NCBI GenBank assembly: GCA_001792115.1
Contig: MGFX01000001.1
Location: 240,606-304,605 of the forward strand
Source: Candidatus Woesebacteria bacterium RBG_16_42_24
GTDB taxonomy: Bacteria > Patescibacteriota > Microgenomatia > UBA8517
Length of the DNA stretch: 64,000 bases
Direction: 5' to 3'
Numbering within the stretch: position 1 is the stretch's first letter; the number at the start of each line of letters is the position of its first letter. Positions 19,867 to 30,177 of this stretch are shown in pieces. The notes beneath the pieces are model-generated. The model ran no database searches. It saw only the letters and a list, made by a program, of their open reading frames with translations, and was not told the origin of the DNA. A program made the position numbers and the translations under genes.

Positions 19867-20868
19867 ATGAAAAAGCTCCTGATCCCTCTTGTACTCCTGA
19901 TTCTCATTTTAGGTTTATGCATTTTAGGGTTTTTGTGGTGGAATAAAAATTCCCAGAAGGTTTCTGACGACACTCGACAAGTCGACTTTCTGGTTGTAAA
20001 AGGAAGAAGCGCAAGTCAGATTGGTGAATCTTTATATCAAGAAAATTTAATAAAAGATCCTTTGGCTTTTAAAATATATGTACAAGTCTCGGGGAAAACA
20101 GCAAAATTTCAATCTGGACAATTTAGAATTTCGCCAAGCTACTCATTGCTCGAGGTAGTTGATACTCTCATGCGCCCCCCGGCGGAACTTTGGGTGACTA
20201 TACCCGAAGGGCTAAGGCGGGAAGAGGTTATTGAGAGGTTTATCAAAGCCCTGGAAATTAAGGAAGCTGAGGCCGAGGCTTTCAGGGAAGAATTTCTTTC
20301 AGAATCTGAAAGTCTTGAGGGCTTTCTTTTTCCCGATACCTACCTTTTCCCAAGGACGGTTTCTGCAAAAACGGTCGTTTCCCGAATGCGCTCGACTTTT
20401 GATTTAAAAATGAAAGTTCTCGAGAAAGATTTGGAAGCATCAGAATTTACTCTTGATGAGATTGTAATTTTGGCCTCGATTGTTGAAAGGGAAACGAGGA
20501 CCGATGAGGAGCGCCCGGTTGTGGCTGGAATACTTATGAATAGATTGGATATTGATATGGGTCTTCAAGCTGACGCAACGGTCCAATATGCCGTTGCAAG
20601 TGGCAGTTGCCGAGCCGGGGAAGAATGTAATTGGTGGCCGATTTTAACAAAAGACGACCTTTCTATAAATTCGCCTTATAATACCTATCGTTTTCGTGGT
20701 CTTCCGCCCGACCCGATTGCTAACCCCGGGCTTTCCTCGATTAAGGCGGCGCTTATTCCAGAGGAAACAGACTATCTGTATTATCTCCACGACTCCGATG
20801 GGAGCATTCACTATGCCGAGACTCTGGCCGAGCATAATGAGAACGTAAGGCGCTACATAGGAAAGTAG
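19867..20868 (+). CDS. mltG: Endolytic murein transglycosylase MltG (YceG-like)
   Basis: An N-terminal TM helix is present. YceG signatures are present: LASIVERET, the GLQADATVQYA region and the terminal NTYRFRGLPPDPIANPG. Confidence 0.85.
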   Translation: MKKLLIPLVLLILILGLCILGFLWWNKNSQKVSDDTRQVDFLVVKGRSASQIGESLYQENLIKDPLAFKIYVQVSGKTAKFQSGQFRISPSYSLLEVVDTLMRPPAELWVTIPEGLRREEVIERFIKALEIKEAEAEAFREEFLSESESLEGFLFPDTYLFPRTVSAKTVVSRMRSTFDLKMKVLEKDLEASEFTLDEIVILASIVERETRTDEERPVVAGILMNRLDIDMGLQADATVQYAVASGSCRAGEECNWWPILTKDDLSINSPYNTYRFRGLPPDPIANPGLSSIKAALIPEETDYLYYLHDSDGSIHYAETLAEHNENVRRYIGK

Positions 20869-20913
20869 TTGTTGACAGCTATTTCCGTTTCGGGTAGATT
20901 AGCTTTCAATTAA

Positions 20914-21849
20914 ATGGCCGAGGAAACCATTACTCCTTCCCCTTACGCAAATCCCGAAATCCAAGTCAATGGTTACCCAGTTTCAATAGAAGTAGCGCCT
21001 CCCGGGGCCAAGATCCCTGTTTTACATAGAATTAAAGACGCGGCACATTATGTGGGACCGGGTGAATTTGACATTCTTGTTGACTTTCGTGATACCTTTG
21101 TCAGAAACGGTATGTGGAATTCATATGTTCCAAAGGAGAGGCAATGGAATGCCTTTAATTTGCCAGAAGGAATTACGGTGCTCGGTTTTATCGACCCTGA
21201 CATTAAAGAGGCAACTAATGAAATGGAATGGATAGCTCAAAGGGATTTTTATGAGAATGACAAGGATTGTGAACGATATTACATCCTAAATAAGACTATA
21301 TTCGGAAAGATTTCCCGATGGTCTAGACCAAGAACCAAATCGGGCAATTTAGAATTTATTGGTCTTATCAGGGCAGGAGTGGTTGCAAGCGAGATGTTGG
21401 GTATAAGCGTCGAGGAACAAGTATTAATCCAAACAAAAAGATTGCCATTAATAGGTCAGTCACAAGGAGACATTGCAATAGGACTTACTCCCCATAATTT
21501 AGAAACGCTTTCTAGGCTTAAGGAAAAACATTGGGTGTTTGCCGACGTTGCCGGCGCGACACTCGCTTCCATTATTGCAAATGTGAGATATCTGATTCAC
21601 ATTGGAATTAGGCCAGAGAAAGTTAGCATTTGGAATGCCGTTTTATCCCACAAAGGGGGTCTGTTTGGCCTACAAGCTCTAAGAGAGTTGGGAATCGATG
21701 CCCAAATTGTTGCAGGGGGATATTCCCCTAGACTGAATAAGGATTATTATCTCGAAACTGATTACGGGTCAGCTTCTGTAGGAGACGCCGGAAATGCGCT
21801 AGATAGATTCTTACCCGAGGACCTTAGACTTTTGGCTTTTAACAAATGA
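20914..21849 (+). CDS. Uracil phosphoribosyltransferase-like (PRTase fold) protein with a ~100-aa N-terminal extension
   Basis: 'IGLIRAGVVASEML' corresponds to UPRT 'ILRAGLGM'. 'VFADVAGATLASIIA' corresponds to 'DPMLATGGS'. The C-terminal 'GGYSPRLNKDYYLETDYGSASVGDAGN' corresponds to UPRT 'YIVPGLGDAGDR'. Confidence 0.5.
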   Translation: MAEETITPSPYANPEIQVNGYPVSIEVAPPGAKIPVLHRIKDAAHYVGPGEFDILVDFRDTFVRNGMWNSYVPKERQWNAFNLPEGITVLGFIDPDIKEATNEMEWIAQRDFYENDKDCERYYILNKTIFGKISRWSRPRTKSGNLEFIGLIRAGVVASEMLGISVEEQVLIQTKRLPLIGQSQGDIAIGLTPHNLETLSRLKEKHWVFADVAGATLASIIANVRYLIHIGIRPEKVSIWNAVLSHKGGLFGLQALRELGIDAQIVAGGYSPRLNKDYYLETDYGSASVGDAGNALDRFLPEDLRLLAFNK

Positions 21850-21852
21850 ATA

Positions 21853-21880
21853 TTGACAACATACACCCATTCTGTATAAT
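21853..21880 (+). promoter_or_regulatory. Sigma70-type promoter upstream of rpoB (TTGACA-N16-TATAAT)
   Basis: -35 at 21853-21858 and -10 at 21875-21880. Both hexamers match the consensus perfectly. Confidence 0.6.
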
Positions 21881-21935
21881 CCCTGCTTAGGCGTACATCA
21901 GTTACGCTGGTCCCGCATTTTTATGTGGGGATTTT

Positions 21936-24900
21936 GTGTTGAAACGCCGAGAACAACACCCAATGGCCGCCAAATTCTTAAACCGCCGAAATTTCGGAAA
22001 AAAAGAGAAAAATTTGCCCGAACTTGACCTTTCCCTTGTCCAGCGAGAATCGTGGGAATGGTTTTTGTCTCAAGGCATCTCCGAGGAATTAACCGAGATT
22101 ACTCCAATAGAAGATTTTACCGGAAAAAATTGGCAACTAATTCTTAAAGAACCCGGACTTTCAAATCCTCCAAGTTCTCCCCGACAATCCCAGGAAAAGG
22201 GACTTACCTATTCTTCACCCCTCAAAATTAATGCAACTTTGGTAAATAAAAGAACCGGGAAAGAAGTTTCCCAAGAAGTCTTTTTGGGAGACATTCCCCA
22301 AATGACGTCTCGCGGGACCTTTATCATAAATGGGATAGAAAGAGCCGTCATAAACCAGATAGTTCGCTCTCCGGGGGTTTATTTTTCGGGAGAACTGGAA
22401 GTCGCCTCAGGCAGAATGCTTTATAAAGCAGAAGTTCGACCGATGCACGGAACTTGGCTCGAGTTTGAAGTTGGAAGAAACGACGTCATTGCTGCAAGAA
22501 TTGACAGACGAAGAAAAGTAACAGCTACGGTACTTCTTAGAATATTGGGCCTTGCTACCGACGCCGAGATTATGGAGGCATTTAGCGACGTCGATACTGA
22601 CGCAAATCACAAGTATATTTCAAAAACTCTCGAAAAAGATCCATCCAAAGGACGCGAGGAAGCCCTTCTAGAAGTTTACCGAAAAATGAGACCTGGAGAA
22701 CCGGTAGTTTTGGAAAACGCAGAGGCTCTTGCCGACGGACTTTTCTTCGACCCCCGCCGCTATAGCTTAAGTCGCGTCGGTAGATTCAAAATAAATAAAC
22801 GTTTGGGGCTAACTCTTCCCAACGAGAAGGGAACATGGATACTCACACGTCAAGACGTTATCGGCGCGCTTTCGTACCTAATTAAACTCCAAAACGGCCA
22901 AGGTAGGGTCGATGATATTGACCATTTGGCAAACAGGCGCCTTAGACGAGTTGGCGAGCTTGTTGCAAGCAATGCTTTTAGGGTAGGGCTTTTGAGGCTT
23001 GAGAGGAGCGTCAAGGAAAAGATGAGCCTTATTTCGCCAAACGATAGACCCTTGCCGGCGACTTTGATTAATGCCAGACCCTTAATTGCCTCTTTAAATG
23101 AGTTTTTCCGCTCGAATCAGCTCTCGACAATTCTTGATGATACAAATCCACTTGCCGAAATTGAAAATTTGAGGAAAGTTTCGGTATTGGGACAGGGAGG
23201 GATAAACAGAGAAAGGGCCTCTTTCTCCATAAGGGACGTCAACTCTTCACAGTACGGCCGGATTGATCCGGTAAAATCCCCAGAAGGGCCAAATATCGGA
23301 TTGGTTACCCACCTTGCCCTTTACGCGAGAATTAATGAGTTTGGTTTTATAGAAGCCCCATATAGAAAGGTAGAAAAGACAAAATCTGGCAGAAAAACCC
23401 AGGTCAAAGTTAGCGACGAGATAACATACCTTACCGCAGACGACGAAGAAGATTATTATATTACACACTCTGGTATAGGCATGGACGGGCGAGGCGTCGT
23501 AACAGATATTAGGGTTCCCTTAAGATTTAGAGGAAGTTTTATGGAAGGACCGAAGGAGCTCGTAGATTTTATTGACGTAACTCCCCGACAAGTAGTAGGG
23601 GCTTCTGCATCCCTAATTCCATTTCTGGCCCACAACGAGGGAAACCGTGCCTTGATGGGTTCAAACATGCAGTGTCAAGCCGTTCCACTAGTTGCCCCAG
23701 AGACTCCGGTTATTGGAACCGGCATGGAAGAAGAAATTGCAAGGGGAATGGGTAGGGTAATAAGAGCGCTTCATGCAGGGAAAGTTGAATACGCCGATTC
23801 CGAGAAAATAATTGTGAAGCTTGCTAAAAAGGCAGACGAAGTTAGCATGGAAGACGTTGAGATAGTTGAGGGAGGGAGACGGGAAGTTTATTATCTTTCG
23901 AAATTCAGGAGGACTTCTCATTCCACTTGCTATAACCAAAAAGTAAGAGTGGCGGCGGGGGATAAAGTTAAGGTGGACGATCTTCTGGCCGATGGCCCGG
24001 CAGTTGACGGTGGAGAACTTGCATTGGGAAGAAATTTAGTGATTGCATATACGTCTCTGGATGGCTATGGGTTTGAAGACGCAATATTGATTTCCAGTAG
24101 GCTCGTCAAGGACGACATGCTCACCTCAATCCACATAGAGGAATACGAGGCAGAAGTGGTCGATACAAAACTCGGTCCGGAGGAATTAACCCGTGACATT
24201 CCCAATGTTTCCGAAACGGAACTAGCTAACTTGGCAGAGGACGGAATAGTCGTTATTGGCGCCGAGGTTGGGCCAAATGATATTTTGGTTGGGAAAATTG
24301 CACCTAAGGGAGAGACCGAGCTCACTTCCGAAGAGAGACTCCTTAGGGCGATCTTTGGAGAGAAGGCTCGGGAAGTTCGGGATACCTCTCTTCGCGTCCC
24401 GCATGGAGAGCGCGGGATTGTAGTTGACGTTAATATTTTAGATCGCGAAAAAGGGGATGAACTTGGCCCTGGAGTGATTAGAAAAGTAATTGTTAAAGTG
24501 GCTCAAATGAGAAAGATTACCGTAGGAGACAAAGTCGCCGGGAGACATGGGAACAAGGGGGTCATTTCAAAAATTATGCCGGTTTCCGACATGCCTTATC
24601 TTGCCGACGGAACGGTAATTGACATAGTTATTTCTCCTTTATCGGTTCTGGCTCGAATGAACCTTGGGCAGCTCCTTGAATGCCATCTGGGTTGGGCTCT
24701 TTCTAAAAAAGGGGAGAAAGCGTCCCTTCCGGTTTTTGACAAAATTGGCGAGGAAGTAATTACAAAGGAGCTTAAACTAGCCGGACTTCCAATTACCGGA
24801 AAGGCAAGACTTCTTGACGGAAGAACAGGAGAGCCTTTTAAAGAAGATACCGTTGTCGGAGTCGGCTACATTATGAAGCTTCACCACATGGTCGAGGATA

Positions 24901-25337
24901 AGACTCACGCCCGCTCAACCGGTCCATATTCCTTGGTTACCCAACAGCCCCTTGGAGGAAAAGCTCAAATGGGAGGGCAGAGACTTGGGGAAATGGAGGT
25001 TTGGGGACTTGAGGCTCACCGTGCAGCTTACGTTCTTCAGGAAATGCTGACCATCAAGTCCGACGATATCCTGGGACGAGCTCGTGCATTTGAAGCTATT
25101 GTCAAAGGGGTCGACATACCAGAGGCTACTGTTCCAGAGTCTTTCAAGGTTTTGGTTAGGGAACTAAATTCTCTGGGGCTTTCAATCGACGCTAAAGGAG
25201 CAGTAGCAGCTACCCAGGAGGATGAAGTCGGAAGTCAGGCCCAAGAGTTGGCACAAGCCGCAGGGGCCGAGGTTGTAGCAACTAAAGAATTAGTGGCGCC
25301 AGAAGGCCCAATGGAAATAGAAGAAAAAGGCGTCTAA
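21936..25337 (+). CDS. rpoB: DNA-directed RNA polymerase subunit beta (start either GTG 21936 or ATG 21963)
   Basis: 1133 aa with the conserved beta motifs (GDKVAGRHGNKGV; rifampicin-cluster region). Confidence 0.95.
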   Translation: MLKRREQHPMAAKFLNRRNFGKKEKNLPELDLSLVQRESWEWFLSQGISEELTEITPIEDFTGKNWQLILKEPGLSNPPSSPRQSQEKGLTYSSPLKINATLVNKRTGKEVSQEVFLGDIPQMTSRGTFIINGIERAVINQIVRSPGVYFSGELEVASGRMLYKAEVRPMHGTWLEFEVGRNDVIAARIDRRRKVTATVLLRILGLATDAEIMEAFSDVDTDANHKYISKTLEKDPSKGREEALLEVYRKMRPGEPVVLENAEALADGLFFDPRRYSLSRVGRFKINKRLGLTLPNEKGTWILTRQDVIGALSYLIKLQNGQGRVDDIDHLANRRLRRVGELVASNAFRVGLLRLERSVKEKMSLISPNDRPLPATLINARPLIASLNEFFRSNQLSTILDDTNPLAEIENLRKVSVLGQGGINRERASFSIRDVNSSQYGRIDPVKSPEGPNIGLVTHLALYARINEFGFIEAPYRKVEKTKSGRKTQVKVSDEITYLTADDEEDYYITHSGIGMDGRGVVTDIRVPLRFRGSFMEGPKELVDFIDVTPRQVVGASASLIPFLAHNEGNRALMGSNMQCQAVPLVAPETPVIGTGMEEEIARGMGRVIRALHAGKVEYADSEKIIVKLAKKADEVSMEDVEIVEGGRREVYYLSKFRRTSHSTCYNQKVRVAAGDKVKVDDLLADGPAVDGGELALGRNLVIAYTSLDGYGFEDAILISSRLVKDDMLTSIHIEEYEAEVVDTKLGPEELTRDIPNVSETELANLAEDGIVVIGAEVGPNDILVGKIAPKGETELTSEERLLRAIFGEKAREVRDTSLRVPHGERGIVVDVNILDREKGDELGPGVIRKVIVKVAQMRKITVGDKVAGRHGNKGVISKIMPVSDMPYLADGTVIDIVISPLSVLARMNLGQLLECHLGWALSKKGEKASLPVFDKIGEEVITKELKLAGLPITGKARLLDGRTGEPFKEDTVVGVGYIMKLHHMVEDKTHARSTGPYSLVTQQPLGGKAQMGGQRLGEMEVWGLEAHRAAYVLQEMLTIKSDDILGRARAFEAIVKGVDIPEATVPESFKVLVRELNSLGLSIDAKGAVAATQEDEVGSQAQELAQAAGAEVVATKELVAPEGPMEIEEKGV

Positions 25338-25353
25338 ACAGAGGAATAATATT

Positions 25354-28300
25354 ATGGAACAGCTATCAGACTTAAGAAATTTGGTTGACTTTAAGAGCCT
25401 GGTTATAAAGCTTGCATCTCCCGATGAAATTCGGAAGTGGTCGCGTGGAGAAATTACCAAGCCCGAAACAATAAACTACAGAACCCTAAAGCCCGAAAAA
25501 GACGGGCTTTTTGACGAGAGAATTTTTGGTCCGACTAAGGATTGGGAGTGCTACTGCGGAAAATATAAAAGAATAAGGTATAAAGGCGTTATTTGCGACA
25601 AGTGCGGAGTCGAAGTTACCCAGTCGAGGGTAAGGCGCGAAAGAATGGGGCATATAACCCTTGCCACCCAAGTTGTTCACGTTTGGTTTTTTAAAGGCGC
25701 GCCGTCAAAAATATCTCTAGTTCTTAATGTTGCTCCCAGGGCGATTGAACAAGTGATTTATTTTGCCAGATATTTGGTGGTTGAGGTTAACGACAAGGAA
25801 AAAGACGGAGCAATAGCTGCCCTTAAGAGCGCTAAGGAAAGTAGGGAAAAAGAAGTTGTTGAGTCGTTCAAGAGCAGGCACGATGCTCTTTTACTCGAGA
25901 TTAAAGACGCAAAAGAAAAAATCAAAGGCAAGATAAAGGATAAGGAACAAGCCTCGCTTGCGATTTCCGAAGTGGACCTTGACGCTAGGAAGAAAGAGGC
26001 GGCGGTAGCCGAGGAAGAGAAAGGGATGCTCGATAAGACTGGTCAGCTTTTCGATAACCTCATCTCCTTGGTCAAGAATCTCCGCCCCATGTCTGTTCTC
26101 TCGGAGGAGGAATACGACGAATTAGCCGGACACCAAGCAGCCGATTTTATGGTAGCCAAGATGGGCGCAGAGGCAGTGGCCTCCGCCGTGGAAAAGGTGA
26201 ATATCGAGGAGACGGCGGCTGCCTTAAGAGTAGAAATAGAAGACGTCAAAGGGGCTACCTCAAAGTATATAAAACTTGCCAAAAGATTAAAGGTTATAGA
26301 CGGATTAAGAAGAACGGGAATAAATCCCTCCTGGATGATTCTCAAGGTTTTGCCGGTACTTCCGCCGGATTTGAGGCCCATGGTACAGCTTTCGGGTGGG
26401 CGCTTTGCAACAAGCGACCTTAATGACCTTTACCGAAGGGTAATAAATAGAAACAATAGACTCAAGCATTTAATTTCACTAGGGGCCCCTGAAATAATCC
26501 TAAGAAACGAAAAAAGAATGCTCCAGGAGGCGGTTGATTCTTTGATAGATGCTTCTCAAAGAAAGGCGACAAGACGCGGGCGCGGCAAACAAACACTAAG
26601 AAGCCTTTCCGATATGCTTAGGGGCAAGCAAGGGCGTTTTAGACAGAACTTATTAGGTAAAAGGGTTGATTATTCGGGCCGTTCCGTAATCATAGTCGGA
26701 CCTGAGCTTAAGCTTTCTCAGTGCGGACTTCCTAAAGACATGGCACTTGAAATGTTTAAGCCCTTTGTCCTAAGAGAAATGATATTTAGAGGAATTGCTC
26801 CCAATGTCAAATCTGCCAAAAATATGCTTGATAAAAAGCCGCCGGAAGTTTTCGACATTCTGGAAGAAATTACCAAAAACCACCCCGTGCTTTTAAACCG
26901 TGCGCCGACTCTGCACAAGCTTTCCATTCAGGCATTTTATCCGGTCTTGATTGAAGGAAGCGCAATTAGAATTCACCCGGCTATTTGTGGAGGTTTTAAT
27001 GCCGACTTTGACGGAGATCAAATGGCCGTGCACGTTCCACTTTCGGGCAAAGCCATCGAAGAGGCTAAAAATTTGATGTTGCCGGAGAATAACCTACTTA
27101 GACCCGCAGACGGTTCACCCATCTCCGCCCCTGCTTCCAAAGAAATGGCACTCGGCGTATATTACCTTACGAGTGAGGATTCAAGAATCCCAACTTCGGA
27201 AACCATCTTTAGTGATAGGCAGGAGGCAATACTAGCCTATCAAACCGGCAAACTCGAACTTAGGCAAAAAGTTTCTATTAGAATTGACGGAAAGATAGTA
27301 GAAACTACGGTTGGAAGGATACTGTTTAACGAAGTTTTACCGGAGAATTTCCCCTTTGTTAATGAAGCGGTCAATTCAGGGGTGATTAAGAAGCTATTTA
27401 CTGAAGCTTATGCAAGCGAGGAAAAAGCAAGGGTTGTTGAGATGGTGGACGCTATTAAGACCCTTGGGTTTATGGCAGGAACGATTTCTGGCTTATCTTT
27501 CGGCATTTCAGACGCGGAAGTTTTGCCGGAGAAAGGTGAGCTGATTGCGGACGCAGAACAAAAGATTGCCGAACACGAAAAGAATTTTGCCCAAGGATTA
27601 ATTACTGCCGAGGAAAGAAAAAGGCTTTCTCAGGAAGTTTGGATAGAGGCGACAGAGGAATTGGCGGATAAAACATGGGAGAGAATGTCCGATAATAACC
27701 CGATAAAAATCGTAATTGAGGCTAAAGCAGGAAGGGTATCAAGAGACCAGCTAAAACAGCTCGCCGCAATTCGTGGACTTATTGTTGACCCATTGGGGAA
27801 AATTGTTGAGCTTCCAGTCAAATCAAACTTCAGGGAGGGACTTTCGGTTTTCGAATACGTTACATCGTCCCGAGGTTCCCGAAAGGGATTAACAGATACT
27901 GCGTTAAAAACCGCAGACGCTGGGTACCTTACGAGGCGTTTGGTAGACGTAGCCCACGACATGATAATTAGGATCGATGACTGCGGTACCAAAGAAGGTT
28001 TTACAGTTAAAAAAGGTATAAGGGTCAACTCTTTCATTGCAAGATTAACAGGAAGAGTGGCGCTTGAGGACGTAGTCGTCGCAGGAGGTAAGGCGATTGT
28101 CGGAAAGGGAGAAATTATTACCGAGGGGAATGCTCAAGAAATAGATAAAGTGAAAATTACAGAAGTAGAGGTTCGTTCACCCCTTACATGTCTTTCTCGC
28201 TATGGACTGTGCGCCAAATGTTATGGTTTGGACCTTTCCAATAAAAAATCAGTTGAGTTGGGAACTCCGGTTGGGGTAATTGCTGCACAATCTATAGGAG

Positions 28301-29145
28301 AGCCCGGTACTCAACTTACGCTTCGAACCAAACACATGGGTGGAATTGCGGGAGTCGACGTTACACAAGGATTACCTCGCGTCGAGGAGCTATTTGAAGC
28401 GAGGACCCCCAAGGCCTTGTCCCCTCTTTCCGAAATCCCAGGTAAGGTAAGGGTCGCAGAAACCGAAGAGGGATGGCAGGTTACAGTTACTAATTCGGAA
28501 ATGAAGCCAGTCGAGGAAAGGAGCTATTTAATCCCAAAGACGGTTAAACTCGCTGTTTCCGACAAACAACTCATTGACGCAGGTACCCAGCTTGCGGGAG
28601 GGGCACTAGACATTAAAGAAATACTCTCAATAAGGGGGCTTAGAGAAGCGCAGGAGTATCTGGTCAACGAAATCCAGAAAGTTTATGAGTCACAGGGAAT
28701 TCCAATAAATGATAAACACTTTGAGGTGATTGTGAGGAAAATGAGTGACGAAGTTAGGATCGTTACTCCGGGAGATACGCACCTTTTGCCCGGAGAGATA
28801 GTCGACAAGGCAACCTTTGAGGAAGAGAACGAAAAAGTTCTGGCAGCAGGAGGCGGGCCGGCCAGCGCCCAGCAAGTTGTCTTGGGTATTACCCGTCGCG
28901 CCCTCTACACTGAGTCCTGGCTTTCAGCCGCCTCATTTGAACAAACTACAGACGTATTAACCGAAGCGGCTCTATTAGGACGCGAAGATAGGCTTTTGGG
29001 GCTCAAAGAAAACGTAATTATTGGTCGCCTAATCCCAGTTACCCCCGAAAGGGCGGCTCTCGCTATGCAAGTAACAGGGGGAGTAGCCGTGAAGGAAGAG
29101 AAGACTAAGAAGGAAAAGTTGCCGCAGGGGGCCGTCGTACAGTAA
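25354..29145 (+). CDS. rpoC: DNA-directed RNA polymerase subunit beta'
   Basis: 1263 aa. The zinc finger ([21 protein letters not shown]) and the NADFDGD active site are present. Confidence 0.95.
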   Translation: MEQLSDLRNLVDFKSLVIKLASPDEIRKWSRGEITKPETINYRTLKPEKDGLFDERIFGPTKDWECYCGKYKRIRYKGVICDKCGVEVTQSRVRRERMGHITLATQVVHVWFFKGAPSKISLVLNVAPRAIEQVIYFARYLVVEVNDKEKDGAIAALKSAKESREKEVVESFKSRHDALLLEIKDAKEKIKGKIKDKEQASLAISEVDLDARKKEAAVAEEEKGMLDKTGQLFDNLISLVKNLRPMSVLSEEEYDELAGHQAADFMVAKMGAEAVASAVEKVNIEETAAALRVEIEDVKGATSKYIKLAKRLKVIDGLRRTGINPSWMILKVLPVLPPDLRPMVQLSGGRFATSDLNDLYRRVINRNNRLKHLISLGAPEIILRNEKRMLQEAVDSLIDASQRKATRRGRGKQTLRSLSDMLRGKQGRFRQNLLGKRVDYSGRSVIIVGPELKLSQCGLPKDMALEMFKPFVLREMIFRGIAPNVKSAKNMLDKKPPEVFDILEEITKNHPVLLNRAPTLHKLSIQAFYPVLIEGSAIRIHPAICGGFNADFDGDQMAVHVPLSGKAIEEAKNLMLPENNLLRPADGSPISAPASKEMALGVYYLTSEDSRIPTSETIFSDRQEAILAYQTGKLELRQKVSIRIDGKIVETTVGRILFNEVLPENFPFVNEAVNSGVIKKLFTEAYASEEKARVVEMVDAIKTLGFMAGTISGLSFGISDAEVLPEKGELIADAEQKIAEHEKNFAQGLITAEERKRLSQEVWIEATEELADKTWERMSDNNPIKIVIEAKAGRVSRDQLKQLAAIRGLIVDPLGKIVELPVKSNFREGLSVFEYVTSSRGSRKGLTDTALKTADAGYLTRRLVDVAHDMIIRIDDCGTKEGFTVKKGIRVNSFIARLTGRVALEDVVVAGGKAIVGKGEIITEGNAQEIDKVKITEVEVRSPLTCLSRYGLCAKCYGLDLSNKKSVELGTPVGVIAAQSIGEPGTQLTLRTKHMGGIAGVDVTQGLPRVEELFEARTPKALSPLSEIPGKVRVAETEEGWQVTVTNSEMKPVEERSYLIPKTVKLAVSDKQLIDAGTQLAGGALDIKEILSIRGLREAQEYLVNEIQKVYESQGIPINDKHFEVIVRKMSDEVRIVTPGDTHLLPGEIVDKATFEEENEKVLAAGGGPASAQQVVLGITRRALYTESWLSAASFEQTTDVLTEAALLGREDRLLGLKENVIIGRLIPVTPERAALAMQVTGGVAVKEEKTKKEKLPQGAVVQ

Positions 29146-29156
29146 AATTCAAACTT

Positions 29157-29636
29157 ATGCCGACAATTTCACAACTAGTAAGGCATGGCAGAAAAAGGAT
29201 AGTTAAAAAGACCCAAACCGCGGCTTTAAGGCGCTGGTTTTCTGCCAAGGATAGAAAATTCGGAGAAGTAGCCTCGCCCTTTAAGCGGGGGGTGGTCTTG
29301 GCAGTCCGAACAATGACTCCCAGAAAGCCAAATTCTGCCTTAAGAAAAGTGGCCAGGGTCAGGCTTTCCAATAAACAGGAGATAACTGCCTATATCCCCG
29401 GTGAGGGACACGAGCTTGCAGAACACGCGATTGTGCTTGTGCGAAGCGGCAGGGTTAAAGATTTGGCCGGAGTCAAATATCAAGTCGTGCGCGGTAAATA
29501 CGACACGACCGGTGTGGTTGGAAGGAAGCAAGGAAGAAGTAGATATGGAGCCAAGAAAGGAGGAAGCGCACCTCATGCTGCAGTGCCTGTGGTGGCGGCA
29601 ACGCCCGCAGCTGCTGTGCCGCCCGAGTCGGCATAA
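29157..29636 (+). CDS. rpsL: 30S ribosomal protein S12 with an Ala/Pro-rich C-terminal extension
   Basis: The S12 core is [14 protein letters not shown]...; the tail is [27 protein letters not shown]. Confidence 0.95.
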   Translation: MPTISQLVRHGRKRIVKKTQTAALRRWFSAKDRKFGEVASPFKRGVVLAVRTMTPRKPNSALRKVARVRLSNKQEITAYIPGEGHELAEHAIVLVRSGRVKDLAGVKYQVVRGKYDTTGVVGRKQGRSRYGAKKGGSAPHAAVPVVAATPAAAVPPESA

Positions 29637-30152
29637 ATGGGGCCCCCAAGCGTAAGCTTGGGGAATAAAAATATGGGTAGAAAAGGCCCGGTTAGAGAAA
29701 GAAAAACTCCCCAAGACCCCATTTATGGGAATAAGGTAGTAACCAAACTCGTAAATAGAATAATGAGGGATGGGAAAAAGTCTATTGCAGAAAAAGAGGT
29801 TTACACTGCATTTAGCTTAATCAAAGAAAAAACGGGCGAAGAACCTCTGAAAGTTTTTAGTTCTGCACTCGAGAATATAAAGCCCACAATGGAGGTGCGT
29901 CCAAGACGCGTCGGGGGAGCTGCATATCAGGTTCCGATGTCAGTTAGAGGTCCCAGGAGGGAATCTTTGGGAATTAGGTGGCTTATTAAGGCTACACAAG
30001 ACCGTTCCAATACGGAATTTCATACATTTGCCGAGAAGCTTGCGGCAGAGATTATGGCTGCCTCAAACGGGGAGGGAGCGGCGGTTAAAAAGCGCCACGA
30101 CATAGAAAAAGTCGCCGAAGCCAATCGCGCCTTCGCCCACTTCAGGTGGTAA
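29637..30152 (+). CDS. rpsG: 30S ribosomal protein S7 (likely true start ATG 29673)
   Basis: MGRKGPVRERK...; S7 family. Confidence 0.9.
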   Translation: MGPPSVSLGNKNMGRKGPVRERKTPQDPIYGNKVVTKLVNRIMRDGKKSIAEKEVYTAFSLIKEKTGEEPLKVFSSALENIKPTMEVRPRRVGGAAYQVPMSVRGPRRESLGIRWLIKATQDRSNTEFHTFAEKLAAEIMAASNGEGAAVKKRHDIEKVAEANRAFAHFRW

Positions 30153-30177
30153 CCCTTTCGTGTAAGATAATATTAAT

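Noticed and set aside
29401-29655. An 84-aa ORF in the alternative frame across the rpsL 3' end and the rpsL-rpsG spacer.
   Set aside because: It is embedded in the rpsL coding sequence. The Ala/Pro-rich rpsL tail gives open alternative frames by composition.
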